Shown here: piece by piece, positions 53,474 through 64,000 of the stretch
How positions within the stretch are numbered: the first letter of the stretch is position 1
Layout of the letters: each line of letters begins with the position of its first letter
NCBI GenBank assembly: GCA_963751345.1
Contig: CAVVUS010000018.1
Coordinates: forward strand, 1 to 64,000
Direction: 5' to 3'
DNA length: 64,000 bases
From: an uncultured Chloroflexia bacterium
GTDB lineage: Bacteria; Chloroflexota; Anaerolineae; B4-G1; SLSP01
Position numbers and translations under genes: made by a program
The notes under the pieces: model-generated
The model's input: the letters and a program-made list of their open reading frames with translations, nothing else
What the model was told of the DNA's origin: nothing
The model's database searches: none

Positions 53474-54230
53474 ATGACGAACTTGCCTCTGCTGAGGGTC
53501 CTGCTCGTTGAGGATAATGACGCACTTCGCCGCGCGCTAAGCGTGGGATTGGCTGCCACCGGCGAGGTGCGTGTGGTCGGCGACGTGCCGAGTGGCGAGG
53601 CCGCGCTGCCTCTGTGCCTCGAGATGTCCCCCGACGCCGTCCTGATGGATGTCCAACTTGCCGGCACGCTGAACGGCATCCAGGCTACCGTGGCGCTACG
53701 TCGCGAAATCCCCCGGCTGCCCGTGGTCTTCTATTCCATCCAGGATGACGATGCCTATTACCGCGACTTCCTGGCATCAGGAATCCTCTCTCATTATGCT
53801 TACGTCCGCAAGACCAACTACTTGCTGCCGGAGAGCATCGTGCCTTTGCTCCGCGATGCCGCCGCCGGTCGAAGCTTTATTGACCCCGAGATCGAGGCCC
53901 GCGTCCAGGCCGTGCGGCAAAAGGATGCCCACGATCCCCTGGCGCTGTTGGAGCCCAACGAACAGGAGGTGGTCGCGCTTCTGGCGCTGGGGCTAACCAA
54001 CGAGCAGATCGCAGTTCGGTTGGGGTTTCGCGACAAGCGCGCCGTCAGCCGCACCAATGGCCAGATCTACACTGCGTGGGCTCTCAACGAGACCTCTACG
54101 GACGAGAAAGTGGCTCGGACTCGCGCCGCTCTCATCTATCAGAATCGTGAACTGCTGATTTGGGATGAGGAGGGGCAGGCTTACGCGATGGATAGGCGAC
54201 GGCCACTGGTCTCGGTGGGGGGCCGGATGA
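53474..54230 (+). CDS. Response regulator (REC + LuxR-like HTH)
   Basis: LLVEDN, VLMDVQL, LLALGLTNEQIAVRL; probable stop TGA 54228-54230 in a shifted frame overlapping the next ATG (ATGA). Confidence 0.82.
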
Positions 54231-56339
54231 GCGGCAGCGTCATCCTTGACTGGGCCCTTCTGACCGTTTCTCTCTTCAATACCATTCTGCTGCTCTGGCT
54301 GGGATTGGTCGTCCTGCTCACTGCCGAGCGCCGCACCTGGGGGATTTGGCTTGCCGGGGTCGGGCTGCTTATCGGGGCGGCTTTTTTCGTCAGCCACTCG
54401 ACGATCCTGAGCCACAACCTGACCTATCTTGGCGCGGGTACGGAGTTCTGGTGGCGCGTCGGGTGGACGGCCCTCGTGGTCCTGCCGTACGCCTGGTACA
54501 TTCTGATGCTGTGGTATGCGGGTTTCTGGGAGGCACGATCGTCAGCTTTGCGCCGGGGCCACCAGGTTTGGCTTCTGGTGACAGCCGCGATAACGCTGGG
54601 CCTGCTCATGCTCGTGGTCTTCCCCGAAACGCTGCCTGATTACTCGCAGACCGTCGAGCTCAACTTGGGAAGTGCCCTCGAGGTGGCGGGGGTTCCCATC
54701 ATGCTGATTGCCTTTCCACTTCATGCGATCCTCAACGTTAGTCTCGCCTTGGCCGGTCTGGCGCATCCCGAGCCCTCGCGCAGACGAATGGGCGCCCTGG
54801 CCCGTCGGCGGGCGCATCCATGGCTGGTCGGGGCCTCGATTGCCCTGCTTATGGCCAGCCTGCTGGTGGTGGCGATCCTGACGTGGATCGCCGTGGATGT
54901 ACGGCAGGCGCGCACCCTATTCGTCGATGCCACGATCGTTCTCGCGGTGGCGTGGTTCGACCTGGCGATTGCCACCACCATCGGTGTCGCCGTGGTCCTG
55001 TTGGGTCGGGCCATCGTGGCCTATGAGATCTTCACGGGGCACAATCTGCCTCGCCAGGGCTTTCTCCGTCACTGGCAGCGGATGATCATCCTGGCGGCAG
55101 GCTATAGTGTCGTCATGGCCGGGAGTCTCACAGCGGGGCTGCGGCCTATCTACAGCGTGCTCCTTACCGCCGCTATCATGACCATGTTCTTCGCTATGCT
55201 CGTCTGGCGGTCTTTCGATGAGCGGGAGCAAGCAATCCGGCAGCTCCGGCCCTTTGTGAGCAGTCAGGGGCTCTACGATCATCTGCTTGGCGGGGGCGCT
55301 GCGAGCTTTGCCGATGCGGACGTCTTTTTCGTTGCCCTCTGCGAGAACGTCCTGGGTGCAGGCCTCGCATACTTGATTCCTGCAGGCTCGTCGACAGCGC
55401 TTATGCGCTCGCCCATTGTGTATCCCGGAGGTAGCACCTCACCCAGTCTGTCGTCACAGGATCTGGTGCGGCGTATGAGCGAAGCAGAGGCTATGCCCCT
55501 GGCAATCGATCCTGACCGGTACGGCGGGGCGGCGTGGGCCGTGCCATTGTTGCGGGAGGGCGAGCTGAGCGGAGTGCTTGCTGTTGGGCGAGAAGCGCGA
55601 TGGGGGCCTCTACACGCAGGAGGAGATAGAAATCGCGCGTGCCGGCGGAGAGCGGGTGGTCGATATCCAGGTGGGTGCCGAGATGGCTCGTCGGCTCATG
55701 GCCCTTCAGCGTCAGAAGTTGGCTGAAGGCCAGATCATTGATCAGCGCCCACGGCGTGTCTTGCACGACGATGTGTTGCCTCGCTTGCATGCGGTCATGC
55801 TCGGCTTGAGCGCAGGTGAACCTACTTCAGAGGTGATGTCGCTCCTCGCCGAGACACATCGTCAGCTGTCGGACCTGCTGCACGAGATGCCCACGCGCCC
55901 TGCCCCTGAGGTGGCGCGTCTAGGCCTTGTCGGCGCATTGCAGCAGGAGCTGGCGGTCGAGCTACCGGATAGCTTCGACGATGTTATCTGGGAGATCGAG
56001 CCCGACGTAACGTTGAGGATCGCCGAGGTCCCGGATCTTGCCACCGAGGTCGTCTTCTATGCGGCTCGGGAGGCGATGCGTAACGCCGCACGTCACGGTC
56101 GAGGAGGGTCGGAAGCGTCACCGCTCGCCTTGCACGTTCGCGTGACCTGGGAGGCGGGGTTGATCGTGGAGGTCGAGGACAACGGTGCGGGCATCTGCCT
56201 TTCGGATGCCGAGACGTCCGGTAGCGGCCAGGGGCTCGCTCTGCACAGCACGCTGATGGCCGTCATCGGGGGGACACTGGAGGTCGACAGTGCAGCAGGG
56301 CGTGGGACGCGTGTAACGCTGCGGCTGCCGAGGGCGTAA
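54227..56339 (+). CDS. Multi-TM sensor histidine kinase (HisKA_3-like), frameshift near 55580
   Basis: ~9 TM segments; LHDDVLPRLH; EAMRNAARHG, EDNGAG, GQGL. Confidence 0.85.
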
Positions 56340-56437
56340 CGATTAGCGATCGATCGGAGTGACAGCCCCACGATCAACGTCAACCAGTGTGGAATCAGGA
56401 GAGCTTCTTGGGAACAGACCTTCACCTCGTTCCCGTT

Positions 56438-56495
56438 CAGGCGGATCTGTGATCCGCCGACTCTATTGAGGCCCGGCGGATCACAGATCCGCCTG
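56438..56495. repeat. Perfect 22-bp inverted repeat of self-palindromic units (REP doublet-like)
   Basis: CAGGCGGATCTGTGATCCGCCG (56438-56459) / CGGCGGATCACAGATCCGCCTG (56474-56495) between convergent genes. Confidence 0.85.
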
Positions 56496-56515
56496 GAACA
56501 TGCGCAGCCATTGCG

Positions 56516-57300
56516 CTAGGGTTCCGATGCCGTCACCCGGATCCTGTCCGGCGCGCCATCGATTCCTGGCACGAGGACGAGGTCGCGATAGGTGCCCACC
56601 GGGCTTCGCCATACGTTGCTGAACCCCCAGCCGTGCCAACGCCAGACGGCCAGGGTGGATGCCTCAGCGACAGCCTCGCCGGCATCCGCCTGCGCCTCGA
56701 GCACTACGAGGTCTTCTGCTCCATCGCCATCCACGTCGCCGAGCGCGACCTCCAGGATCGGCTCGGCGATCGGGGAGCCTCCCCAAAGGATGCGATATTG
56801 CCCCTGGCGGTAACCGACGATAAAGGGCTGGCTTCGCGGTACCCCCGCGGCATCATCGCGCCAGAACGCCACCAACAGCTCGTAGCGCCCATCCTGGTTG
56901 GGGTCGCCGAGCGCCACATCGACCACGGTCCAATCGGACGGGCTGCGCCAGGCTTCCGCTCCGTCCTGGATCGATGGTGACCGTGTCAGCCGTGAGCCGG
57001 ACGCTCTCCGGCACGCCATCCCCGGTCAGGTCAATCTCGCCGGTGGAGAAACTGCCCGGTATCGAACCGGCCGGCAGCTCCGTCTGACCCTCCCGCGATC
57101 TGCCAGCAGGTTTCGGTGTTGCACTGAAACTCTGCCGGACTCAGAGAGTGCCTGTGCATCCGCCGCAGATCCTGGGCCAGTCCGTTCTCGAGTCTGCGGA
57201 CATAGGGCCAACTCTTTCCCGACGACGAGGGCGATCGCGACAGATGCCCAGGGCGACCGCGCCGAGCCAGAGGAACCGGCGCGATCGCCCTGCTTGCGAT
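56516..57300 (-). CDS. Hypothetical protein with FG-GAP/VCBS-like DxxxDG motifs, frameshifted; start uncertain
   Basis: DLTGDGVPE, GDPNQDGRYEL, GDVDGDGAEDLVVL, WRWHGWGF. Confidence 0.6.
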
Positions 57301-57335
57301 GCTGGGGGTGTTCCTCCGACGGTGGGTCGGGAGCG

Positions 57336-60036
57336 CTACCAGCTCGGAGGCGCATCCGCATAGACCGCGCTCGTCACCTGCCAGACGGTGCCGTAGGTAT
57401 AGGTCTCTTGCTCGATCGTGTAGGTCACGTCCAGACTATAGGGCCCGCGCTCCGCGCTGGGTGCTCGTCGTAAGATGGATAGTCGCCGGTGTAGGTGTAG
57501 AGGGCATCCTGCCACGTCTCACGCACCGTGACCACAGCCAGGGTCGGTGACTGAAGATCGTTGGAGCGAAAGTGCGTGTTCACCAACTGGTGGCCCATAT
57601 AGCTCTTCGCGTCACGCAGTGCCTGAATCTCGGGCGCGAACTGCATCAGAGCCGGTTCATCCTCCCGAATAGCCTCTCGCTGTTCCCAATAGGCCGACGT
57701 CACGGACTTCTCGAAGTTCAGGACCGCCTCCTGGAGCCCGCTGTACTCGCCGGACTGTGTGAAGAACGACGCCGTCCAATCCGGCGTCGAGGGTGCCGTC
57801 CCCTCGTCGAGCATCTGCCGCCATGCGTCGTCGGTCAGGCGGTCGTTCGCGGGCCACGGAAACTCATAGTAGGAGAAGGTGCCGCCCAGGGCGACCTGGA
57901 GGCTGACGCTGCCGTCGTCGGCGACCACAGGCACGATCGCGTGCAGCTCGTTGATGCGGCCGACCGCGACCTCCAGCGCGACGGGGCCGTCTGCGTGCTC
58001 GACCCGGATCGGTCGCGACGTCCGCGATAACGGCGGCCTGCGGCTCCTCATCCATGATGGGGCCGCCGCCGGGTCCCTCGGACTCGGTGTCTGCCGACGC
58101 CATCGTCAGGTTCTCCAGTTCCCCGCCATAGTATCGAATCCGGGTGTACTCGGCATCGGTCAGGGCCTCGCCCCGGAGCTCTTTCTCCGCCATCGTCTGG
58201 AAGGCGGTGGCGAGATCCTCAAGCTGGCGGAGGCTCGACGCGTCCTGGTCGTCGAGAAGCCCGCGGCTCTCCAAGCCCTCGACGGTCATCGCCGTGAGCG
58301 CGGCAAGGCGCGCGTAGAAGGTGGGCACCGGCTCGACGTAGCCCCTGGGCGGAAGAGGCGGCGGCGGTGGCGGCCCGGCCCCCATCTCCGCGTATACCTG
58401 CTTGGCGTAGAGGATGGTATCGTGTTTCAGCTCGGCCCAACTTCCCAGCGCCGTGTTTAGCTGTTTGTCGAGCCACGCCGGTGATTGCATGAAGGTGGGG
58501 TAGCCACTTCCCGGGACGTCCAGGAGGGGATGAAACGTATAGAGCCAGCTGTTGTATAGGGTCTCGGTCCAGTCGTCGACGGTGAGGCCGCTCAACCACG
58601 TCTGAACTTCCGCCATTTGCGACGGATAGTTGGCGTAGGATGTTTCTCCCATCTCGTCGAGGTGCTGGTAGGCGCGGTCGGATCCCATCGCGGCGAAGAC
58701 GTCCAGCCCCATGGGCAGCCCGCGACGGTCCTCTCGCGTTCCCACGTTGCGGTAGATCAGTTGGCGGAAGATATAGGCGTCGGGCACAAAGCGCTGGCCC
58801 ATAAAGCGCAGACCTTTCGTCATCGCCTCCTCGTCGTCGGTGTCCGCGATCACGATCCCCAGGATCTTGGGCGGCGGCAATTGGTCCGCCAGCGCGATGA
58901 AGGCATCGAGCTTTCCCTCATCCACCAGGGACGTCACCGAGGCATCGGTACCGTAGATGGCATCCATCACCGCCGCGTACTGATAGACCGTGAGATCGTC
59001 GCTGCGTCCGACGAAAAAGACGGTGGGGCTGTAGAGCTCATCCCAGACGTCCAGGGCCGGGCGCCCTCCGACGGTCGCCGCGCGCAGGGCGTGGACGAGG
59101 ATGAGCGCGCTACGAGACTCGGCGCGGCCAACCTCCGGGTCCGGTGGATTCAGGCGGAACGTCATCCGCCCGTACCACATCATGCTCTTGAAGTAGGCAG
59201 TGAGGTCCTCGCTGATCGTGTAGTGACCGCGCGGGATGTACTGTGTGTAATCCTCACCGTACGGAAGGCCGGGGAAGATAGGCGAGGGCAGCGTGCCGGC
59301 GGCATCCTCGATATTCGCTACCTCGGCGTTGACCAGGTCTTGTGCATATGGCGGGACGTCGAGGGTCGGATCGAGCAGCTTCCCCGCCACGGCGACAAAG
59401 GCGACCGTGCGCCGCGCGGCATCCTCCCACGGGGTGGTGCGAAGGGCCTGGTAGTCCGCGTCCGCTTGTGCGAGCAGACCCCGGTTGAGATCTCGAAGCA
59501 GCGGGATGAAGTAGGTAACTTCGGCCGTGCGGAGAACCTTGTCAAAGAGGAGGTGATAGGTGTGCAGGAGCGAGTCGCTGGTCACAAAGATGGGGACGTT
59601 GCGATAGCGAGCTTGCTCGTAGAGCATGAAGAATTCCTTCTCCGCGCCCGGGCTGACGGCGAAACCATCGGTGGTCAGCCGCTCGATCTGGTCCTGGGAG
59701 AGGACGAAAGGGATCGAGACGTTCTTCAGAGCCCGGAGACACTTTCTCCATGTCGAGGCTGGGGACGGTGGTGACCTTCTGCTCCTGGAAAACCGCAAAC
59801 ACCACCTTGTGTGCCTCGGGCACGTCGACTGCAGGCGGCGCTGTCGTGGGTGACGCTTCTCCGGTCGGTGCTGCCTGCTCGGTCGAGGCCGCAACCGGCG
59901 TAGAGGTTGCGGCTGGCGCATTTGTCGGCGGGATGTTCGTTGGTGACGCGGCCGGGGCTAGAAAGTTGCAGTTCATAGCCAACAGCGCAATCAAAACGGC
60001 AATCCATAGGGATCTCAGATTTCGGGGCTTGTTCAT
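57336..60036 (-). CDS. DUF3160-family lipoprotein with extra C-terminal domain, ~3 frameshifts
   Basis: Lipobox LAMNC; FVTSDSLLHTYH, DYTQYIPRGHYT, FMGQRFVPD, LGSWAELKHDTILYAKQ, GYVEPVP, IADVATD, FSYYEF; tail ..DAPPSW-TAG at 57336-57338. Confidence 0.85.
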
Positions 60037-60125
60037 CACTCACCTCCAGGCGGCTTGACACCCCCATTATAGGGCCGGGAAGTGTTGTCAACAAGCCACC
60101 GACGAGCGCGGGTGATTGCTTACCA

Positions 60126-60232
60126 AGTGCCGGGGACCTCGGAAGGCTCCCCGGCACTGCTCCCAATCCGCAAATGGTCTCAGCCAACGGCGTGCTGATC
60201 CGGTGCCGGGGACTTTCCGCAGTCCCCGGTAT
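60126..60232. repeat. Pair of GTGCCGGGGA-N-TCCCCGG palindromes
   Basis: AGTGCCGGGGA-CCTCGGAAGGC-TCCCCGGCACT and GGTGCCGGGGACT-TTCCGC-AGTCCCCGGTATC. Confidence 0.7.
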
Positions 60233-60251
60233 CATGCGGCGTGTCATTGTG

Positions 60252-62618
60252 CTATCTCGCGAGCCGATGGGCGGCGCCCGTCACGGTGTCCGCAACCACT
60301 CGGCCGACCCAGCGCAGGATCGCCAACGGCACCGAGGTCGAGCCCTGGGGCCGGACGTTGAGAGGCCCTCCGTTCCCCGGAACCATCTGGGTCGCATTTT
60401 GCGTCAGACTTGATCCTCCCGGCGCCTGCAGTTCAAACGCGGACTCCGGCGTATCCGGATCGACTACCTGGATGACCTTGCCCTTGTAGGAGAAAAGCAC
60501 GTTGTTGCCCGCCTGGAGGAAGGCCCTCGCTTCCGGATCCTTCGCCAGCTCGAAGTATGCAGCCGACCCGAAATCAATCCGTCGATCGACGCTGACGTTC
60601 TCCGCGATCCAGGCGTCGGTGATGGGAACGTCCTGATCCCCCTTGCCTTGGAGCAGCGTCAGGTCGACGTGCTGTGTGCTGATCTGGGCGAGGTTGCGGA
60701 ATCCGCTCTGGGTGACGTTGGCGCCGCTGGCGAGGTTGGCCTGTGCAGCTTGTTGGTAGATCTGGTTCTGCACGCGGGCTTGGACCGTAATCTGCCCGGC
60801 GGCCTGGTTGAGTGCCTGCTGATTGCCATACAGCGCCATGTTTTCGAGAGAGGCCGCACCTCCTGCCTGCGCGGCGATGACGAAGGTCGTGTAGGGTGTC
60901 ACCAGGCCGTAGGTGAGACCCAGATCGCGGATTCTGCTGACGAGGGCAGGGCTTTCGCCCTCAACGCGGACCTCGTCGAGCAACCGGCCGATCTCGCGCG
61001 TGGCCCAGAGCCTCGGGACGAAGGCTTCGTTGCCCGCGGCGTCGAGGTCGAAGACGTACTCGAAGGTGCGTTCTTGTGCACCGGCCTGACCGCTCACGTG
61101 GACGGTGACACTCCTGTCCGTGGCATAGAATCTGCCGGTCAGTAGCAGACTGGATCCGTCGAACATATCGGGCAGCATCTGGGGCTGGAGATCCTCAACC
61201 GTCATCCCCTCGAATGTCACCTTGAGATCCGTGAGCACTGGGCTGGCGACACGGTGGTAGAAGCTCGTAAGCACCCGTTCCAGATCCTCGCCAGGCTGGA
61301 CATAAGTGACCGAGCCACCGTTCTGCGCCGCCAATTGATCGAGCAGGTGGGTGTTCACATCGTAGCCGACGCCGAAGACGTGGAGACGCGCTTCAACGCG
61401 CCGGTTGTTTCGCTCAGCCTGCCTGGCGATGTCCACAGGGTCGGTCAGACCGGCGGTGGGCAGGCCATCGGTGAGGAAGACGACCAATCGCGTAGCGCCA
61501 TGCCGGGCCTCACTGTCGCGCAGGATGTCGAGACCGCGCTTCAGGGCTGCGTCGATATCGGTGCTCTCGCGAGCGTAGAGGTTGGCGGCGAAGTCGCGTG
61601 CCGCCCGTACCGTATCGGGCTTCACCGGCTGCAAGGTCGCGGCAAAGACGTCAAGCCGGTCGTCAAATCCCACGATGGAGAAGCGATCGTCCTCGTTGAG
61701 CTGGCCGAGGATGAACTGAATCGCCCTCTGCGCCTGCTCGATCTTCTCACCCTCCATACTTCCGGATCGGTCGATAACGAAGACGATGTCCTTGGGTAGC
61801 GCGGGGGCACTCTCCTGCGCGTGGTCAGGGGCGAAGAGGAACAGGAAGTGCCCCTCCGGCTCACCGTCGAGCCCAGGCTGCCGGCCCGTGATCAAACCAC
61901 TGCCGAACCCTCCTTCAGCCGGGGCGAAAAAGAGATGGAAATCCTCCGTGGGCTGAACGTACTCGGCTTTCCAGGTGACCTGGGCTCGACCGGCTTCCTG
62001 CCGCTCGGTCGTGATCGGGTGGGATGAGGAATAGATCGTGCTCAGTCCGCTCGACGAGGTCAGGTTGACGGTGATGGACGCTTCCTCCAGGAGGTCGGAG
62101 GTGTATCGCTCGGTGCTGAGCACGTAGCGATAGTGCAGCATTCCGGCTGTTGGGACAAGTACCTCCTCGTACTGGAGCGACATCTTGCGTGTTCCGTTCG
62201 CGGGGACCACGACCTCAAAGGTCAGCGTCTCCCAGTCTGCATACTGGAGCAACGAGGGATCGTGGCGCTCCGTGACCAGCCGATAGAGTGCAGCGTTGGT
62301 CACTGCGGCATCCTGCTTCCGGACAGTCTGGGGGCGCCCGTCCAGCGTGGCCTCAAAGGCGGTGACCATCGCCTCGGGGGGCACCGGAAAGATGTAAGAT
62401 GCCGTCACCTCGAATGGATGCGGGTTGTAGAAAGCCTGCTCGACGTGGGTGGTCGCGTGGGTCTCGTCGATGTCGACGGTCACGCGGTGATAAGGGACGA
62501 CGAGATAGCCGGTGCCGGCCTCCAATGGGAGGATCATGCCATCGGCCAGGACGGTCTGCGGCCACAGAATCGTCAGAAGCGCCAGCGACCATAGGATCAA
62601 GCGTTTTGTACGCATCAT
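60252..62618 (-). CDS. Secreted VIT + vWA domain protein
   Basis: Signal peptide ending VLA-DG; VEQAFYNP..YIFPVP (VIT); MIDAS DRSGSM, FLTDGLPT, FGVGYDVN; RLWA, LVTPYT. Confidence 0.92.
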   Translation of the reverse strand: MMRTKRLILWSLALLTILWPQTVLADGMILPLEAGTGYLVVPYHRVTVDIDETHATTHVEQAFYNPHPFEVTASYIFPVPPEAMVTAFEATLDGRPQTVRKQDAAVTNAALYRLVTERHDPSLLQYADWETLTFEVVVPANGTRKMSLQYEEVLVPTAGMLHYRYVLSTERYTSDLLEEASITVNLTSSSGLSTIYSSSHPITTERQEAGRAQVTWKAEYVQPTEDFHLFFAPAEGGFGSGLITGRQPGLDGEPEGHFLFLFAPDHAQESAPALPKDIVFVIDRSGSMEGEKIEQAQRAIQFILGQLNEDDRFSIVGFDDRLDVFAATLQPVKPDTVRAARDFAANLYARESTDIDAALKRGLDILRDSEARHGATRLVVFLTDGLPTAGLTDPVDIARQAERNNRRVEARLHVFGVGYDVNTHLLDQLAAQNGGSVTYVQPGEDLERVLTSFYHRVASPVLTDLKVTFEGMTVEDLQPQMLPDMFDGSSLLLTGRFYATDRSVTVHVSGQAGAQERTFEYVFDLDAAGNEAFVPRLWATREIGRLLDEVRVEGESPALVSRIRDLGLTYGLVTPYTTFVIAAQAGGAASLENMALYGNQQALNQAAGQITVQARVQNQIYQQAAQANLASGANVTQSGFRNLAQISTQHVDLTLLQGKGDQDVPITDAWIAENVSVDRRIDFGSAAYFELAKDPEARAFLQAGNNVLFSYKGKVIQVVDPDTPESAFELQAPGGSSLTQNATQMVPGNGGPLNVRPQGSTSVPLAILRWVGRVVADTVTGAAHRLAR

Positions 62619-62675
62619 TGAGTCTCCTCTCTGTCACAGGGTGTGGAATTACCACTCTCTTTGTACTGGATGAGT

Positions 62676-62693
62676 GTGACAGGGGAATGACAG
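62676..62693 (-). promoter_or_regulatory. OmpR/PhoB-type direct-repeat box upstream of the VIT-vWA gene
   Basis: Minus strand CTGTCAT-TCCC-CTGTCAC (11-bp period), 10 bp upstream of TACAAA. Confidence 0.55.
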
Positions 62694-62826
62694 GAGACCG
62701 ATGGATGGGGGATAGACGCTCTCGCCAACTTTGCGAAGGTTACGTAGCGCCCTTATTTGCAGGTCGCTGCGCTTCCGCAGGCATCTGCGTTACACGACAC
62801 GGCACTAACCTTCCCAAGGTTCCCGG

Positions 62827-64000
62827 CTAGGCCACAGGCAGCGTGAAACGGACTTTCGTGCCCTCGCCCTCTTCGCTGTCGATGCGGAGGCTGCCGCCGT
62901 GAGCCTCGACGAGCGCGGCGGCGATGGAGAGGCCGAGGCCGCTGCCGCCCTGGTCCGTGCCTCTGGACCGCACCCTCGCCCTGTCTGCCCGGTAGAAGCG
63001 CTGCCCGATCTGCGGCAGGTCGTTGGCGGAGATGCCGATGCCGGTGTCCTCCACAGCGACCTGCACCATCTCGCCCATGCGCCCGACCTGCACGGTGACG
63101 GTGCCGCCGAGATGCGAGTACTTGATGGCGTTGTCCAGCAGGTTGACCAGGACCTGGGCAATGCGGTCGCCATCCGCCCACGCAAGGGGTGCGTCCGGCT
63201 CGGCCCTCAGGCTCATCTTGACGTCGCGCTCCGCAGCCCGCGGCCCCATCCGCTCGATCGTGTTCCGTGATAACTCGGCAAGGTCCTGCGGCTCGCGGCG
63301 GAGGTTCAGCCCTTCCGCATCGGCGCGGGTGAGGACTAACAGATCGTTGACGAGGCGGATCAGACGGTCGGTCTCGGTCTCCACCGTCTCCAGGAACCGG
63401 TCTCGGACGGCGGCGTCGTCGACCGCGCCGTCGCGGAGCGTTTCCACGGTCCCCTTGATCGCGGTCAGCGGCGTGCGGAGCTCGTGAGAGACGTTCGCCA
63501 CGAACGTGGTCTGGGTCTGCCGCGCGGCCATCAGACGGGCTGTCATATCATTGAAGGTGCGGCTGAGGCGGCCAAGTTCGTCGTTCGAGCGTACGGGCAC
63601 CTGATGATCGAATTGACCCTGCGCGATGGCACCGGCTGCCGTCGTCAGGCGCTGCAGCGGTCGGGTGATGGCCTGCGAGAGCAGCAGCGCGACCAGGCCG
63701 GAGAGCGCGAGGGCGATGGCGGTGGACCAGATCAAGCGCGTGCGCAGGTCGCCCAGGACGGCATCCACGTCGCGAAGCGGCTGGGTCAGGTAGACCACGC
63801 CCGCCAGGTTGCCGTCGACCATCACCGGCATCGCGACGGCCATCAGCGTCTGCTGCACGTCTTCCAGTGTGCTACTGCCGTAGTTGCCCTGCAGCGCCTG
63901 CACGACCAATGTGTCGTCGCTCAAGATCGTTCCCGCGGGTCCGCCGGCGGAATCGACCAGCACGGTGCCCGTCGTATCCAGTACCCGGATGCGTGTGTCG
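62827..64000 (-). CDS. HAMP-domain sensor histidine kinase (5' end outside window)
   Basis: TM + HAMP DELGRLSRTFNDM; SHELRTPL; NLLDNAIKY; DTGIGI; GSGLGL. Confidence 0.93.
   Translation of the reverse strand, partial: DTRIRVLDTTGTVLVDSAGGPAGTILSDDTLVVQALQGNYGSSTLEDVQQTLMAVAMPVMVDGNLAGVVYLTQPLRDVDAVLGDLRTRLIWSTAIALALSGLVALLLSQAITRPLQRLTTAAGAIAQGQFDHQVPVRSNDELGRLSRTFNDMTARLMAARQTQTTFVANVSHELRTPLTAIKGTVETLRDGAVDDAAVRDRFLETVETETDRLIRLVNDLLVLTRADAEGLNLRREPQDLAELSRNTIERMGPRAAERDVKMSLRAEPDAPLAWADGDRIAQVLVNLLDNAIKYSHLGGTVTVQVGRMGEMVQVAVEDTGIGISANDLPQIGQRFYRADRARVRSRGTDQGGSGLGLSIAAALVEAHGGSLRIDSEEGEGTKVRFTLPVA

Noticed and set aside
53474-55726. Apparent response regulator-membrane kinase fusion (750 aa)
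   Set aside because: An ATGA stop/start overlap at 54227-54230 in the adjacent frame, plus the high indel rate, indicates two genes joined by an indel near 54195. Not fully excluded without reads.
60055-60091. Perfect TTGACA and TATAAT on the minus strand upstream of DUF3160
   Set aside because: The spacer is only 14 bp, so it is not called as a promoter. It could reflect an indel or an operator (TTGACA..TGTCAA inverted pair).

Overview
GC-rich bacterial chromosomal window, probably Chloroflexota/Anaerolineae-like (inferred from gene content and style only). It opens with a complete IS110-family element (core CT at 3-4 to core CT at 1306-1307). Its non-coding left end can be read directly as a bridge RNA: two guide loops match the element's own circle junction (ACAGTTG-CT-AGTA) and the flanking target (..GT-CT-CTACG), a split sigma70 promoter forms on circularisation, and the target resembles a GTAG-type REP hairpin, with an empty copy at 39235-39260. 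The rest is housekeeping and accessory genes: class A PBP, infC-rpmI-rplT, secA, add, comEC, and a ~35 kb co-oriented run that includes several unusual DNA-repair-type genes (extended Lhr, an ERCC4-HhH-NucS-like fusion, a YcaQ/HTH_42 protein, a double-length UvrA). It also holds an ECF sigma/anti-sigma/ABC unit, two-component genes, and DUF3160 and VIT-vWA proteins. More than 20 frameshifts after ~13.7 kb are most likely sequencing indels. I saw no rRNA, tRNA or CRISPR array. All family calls come from motif reading; no searches were run.
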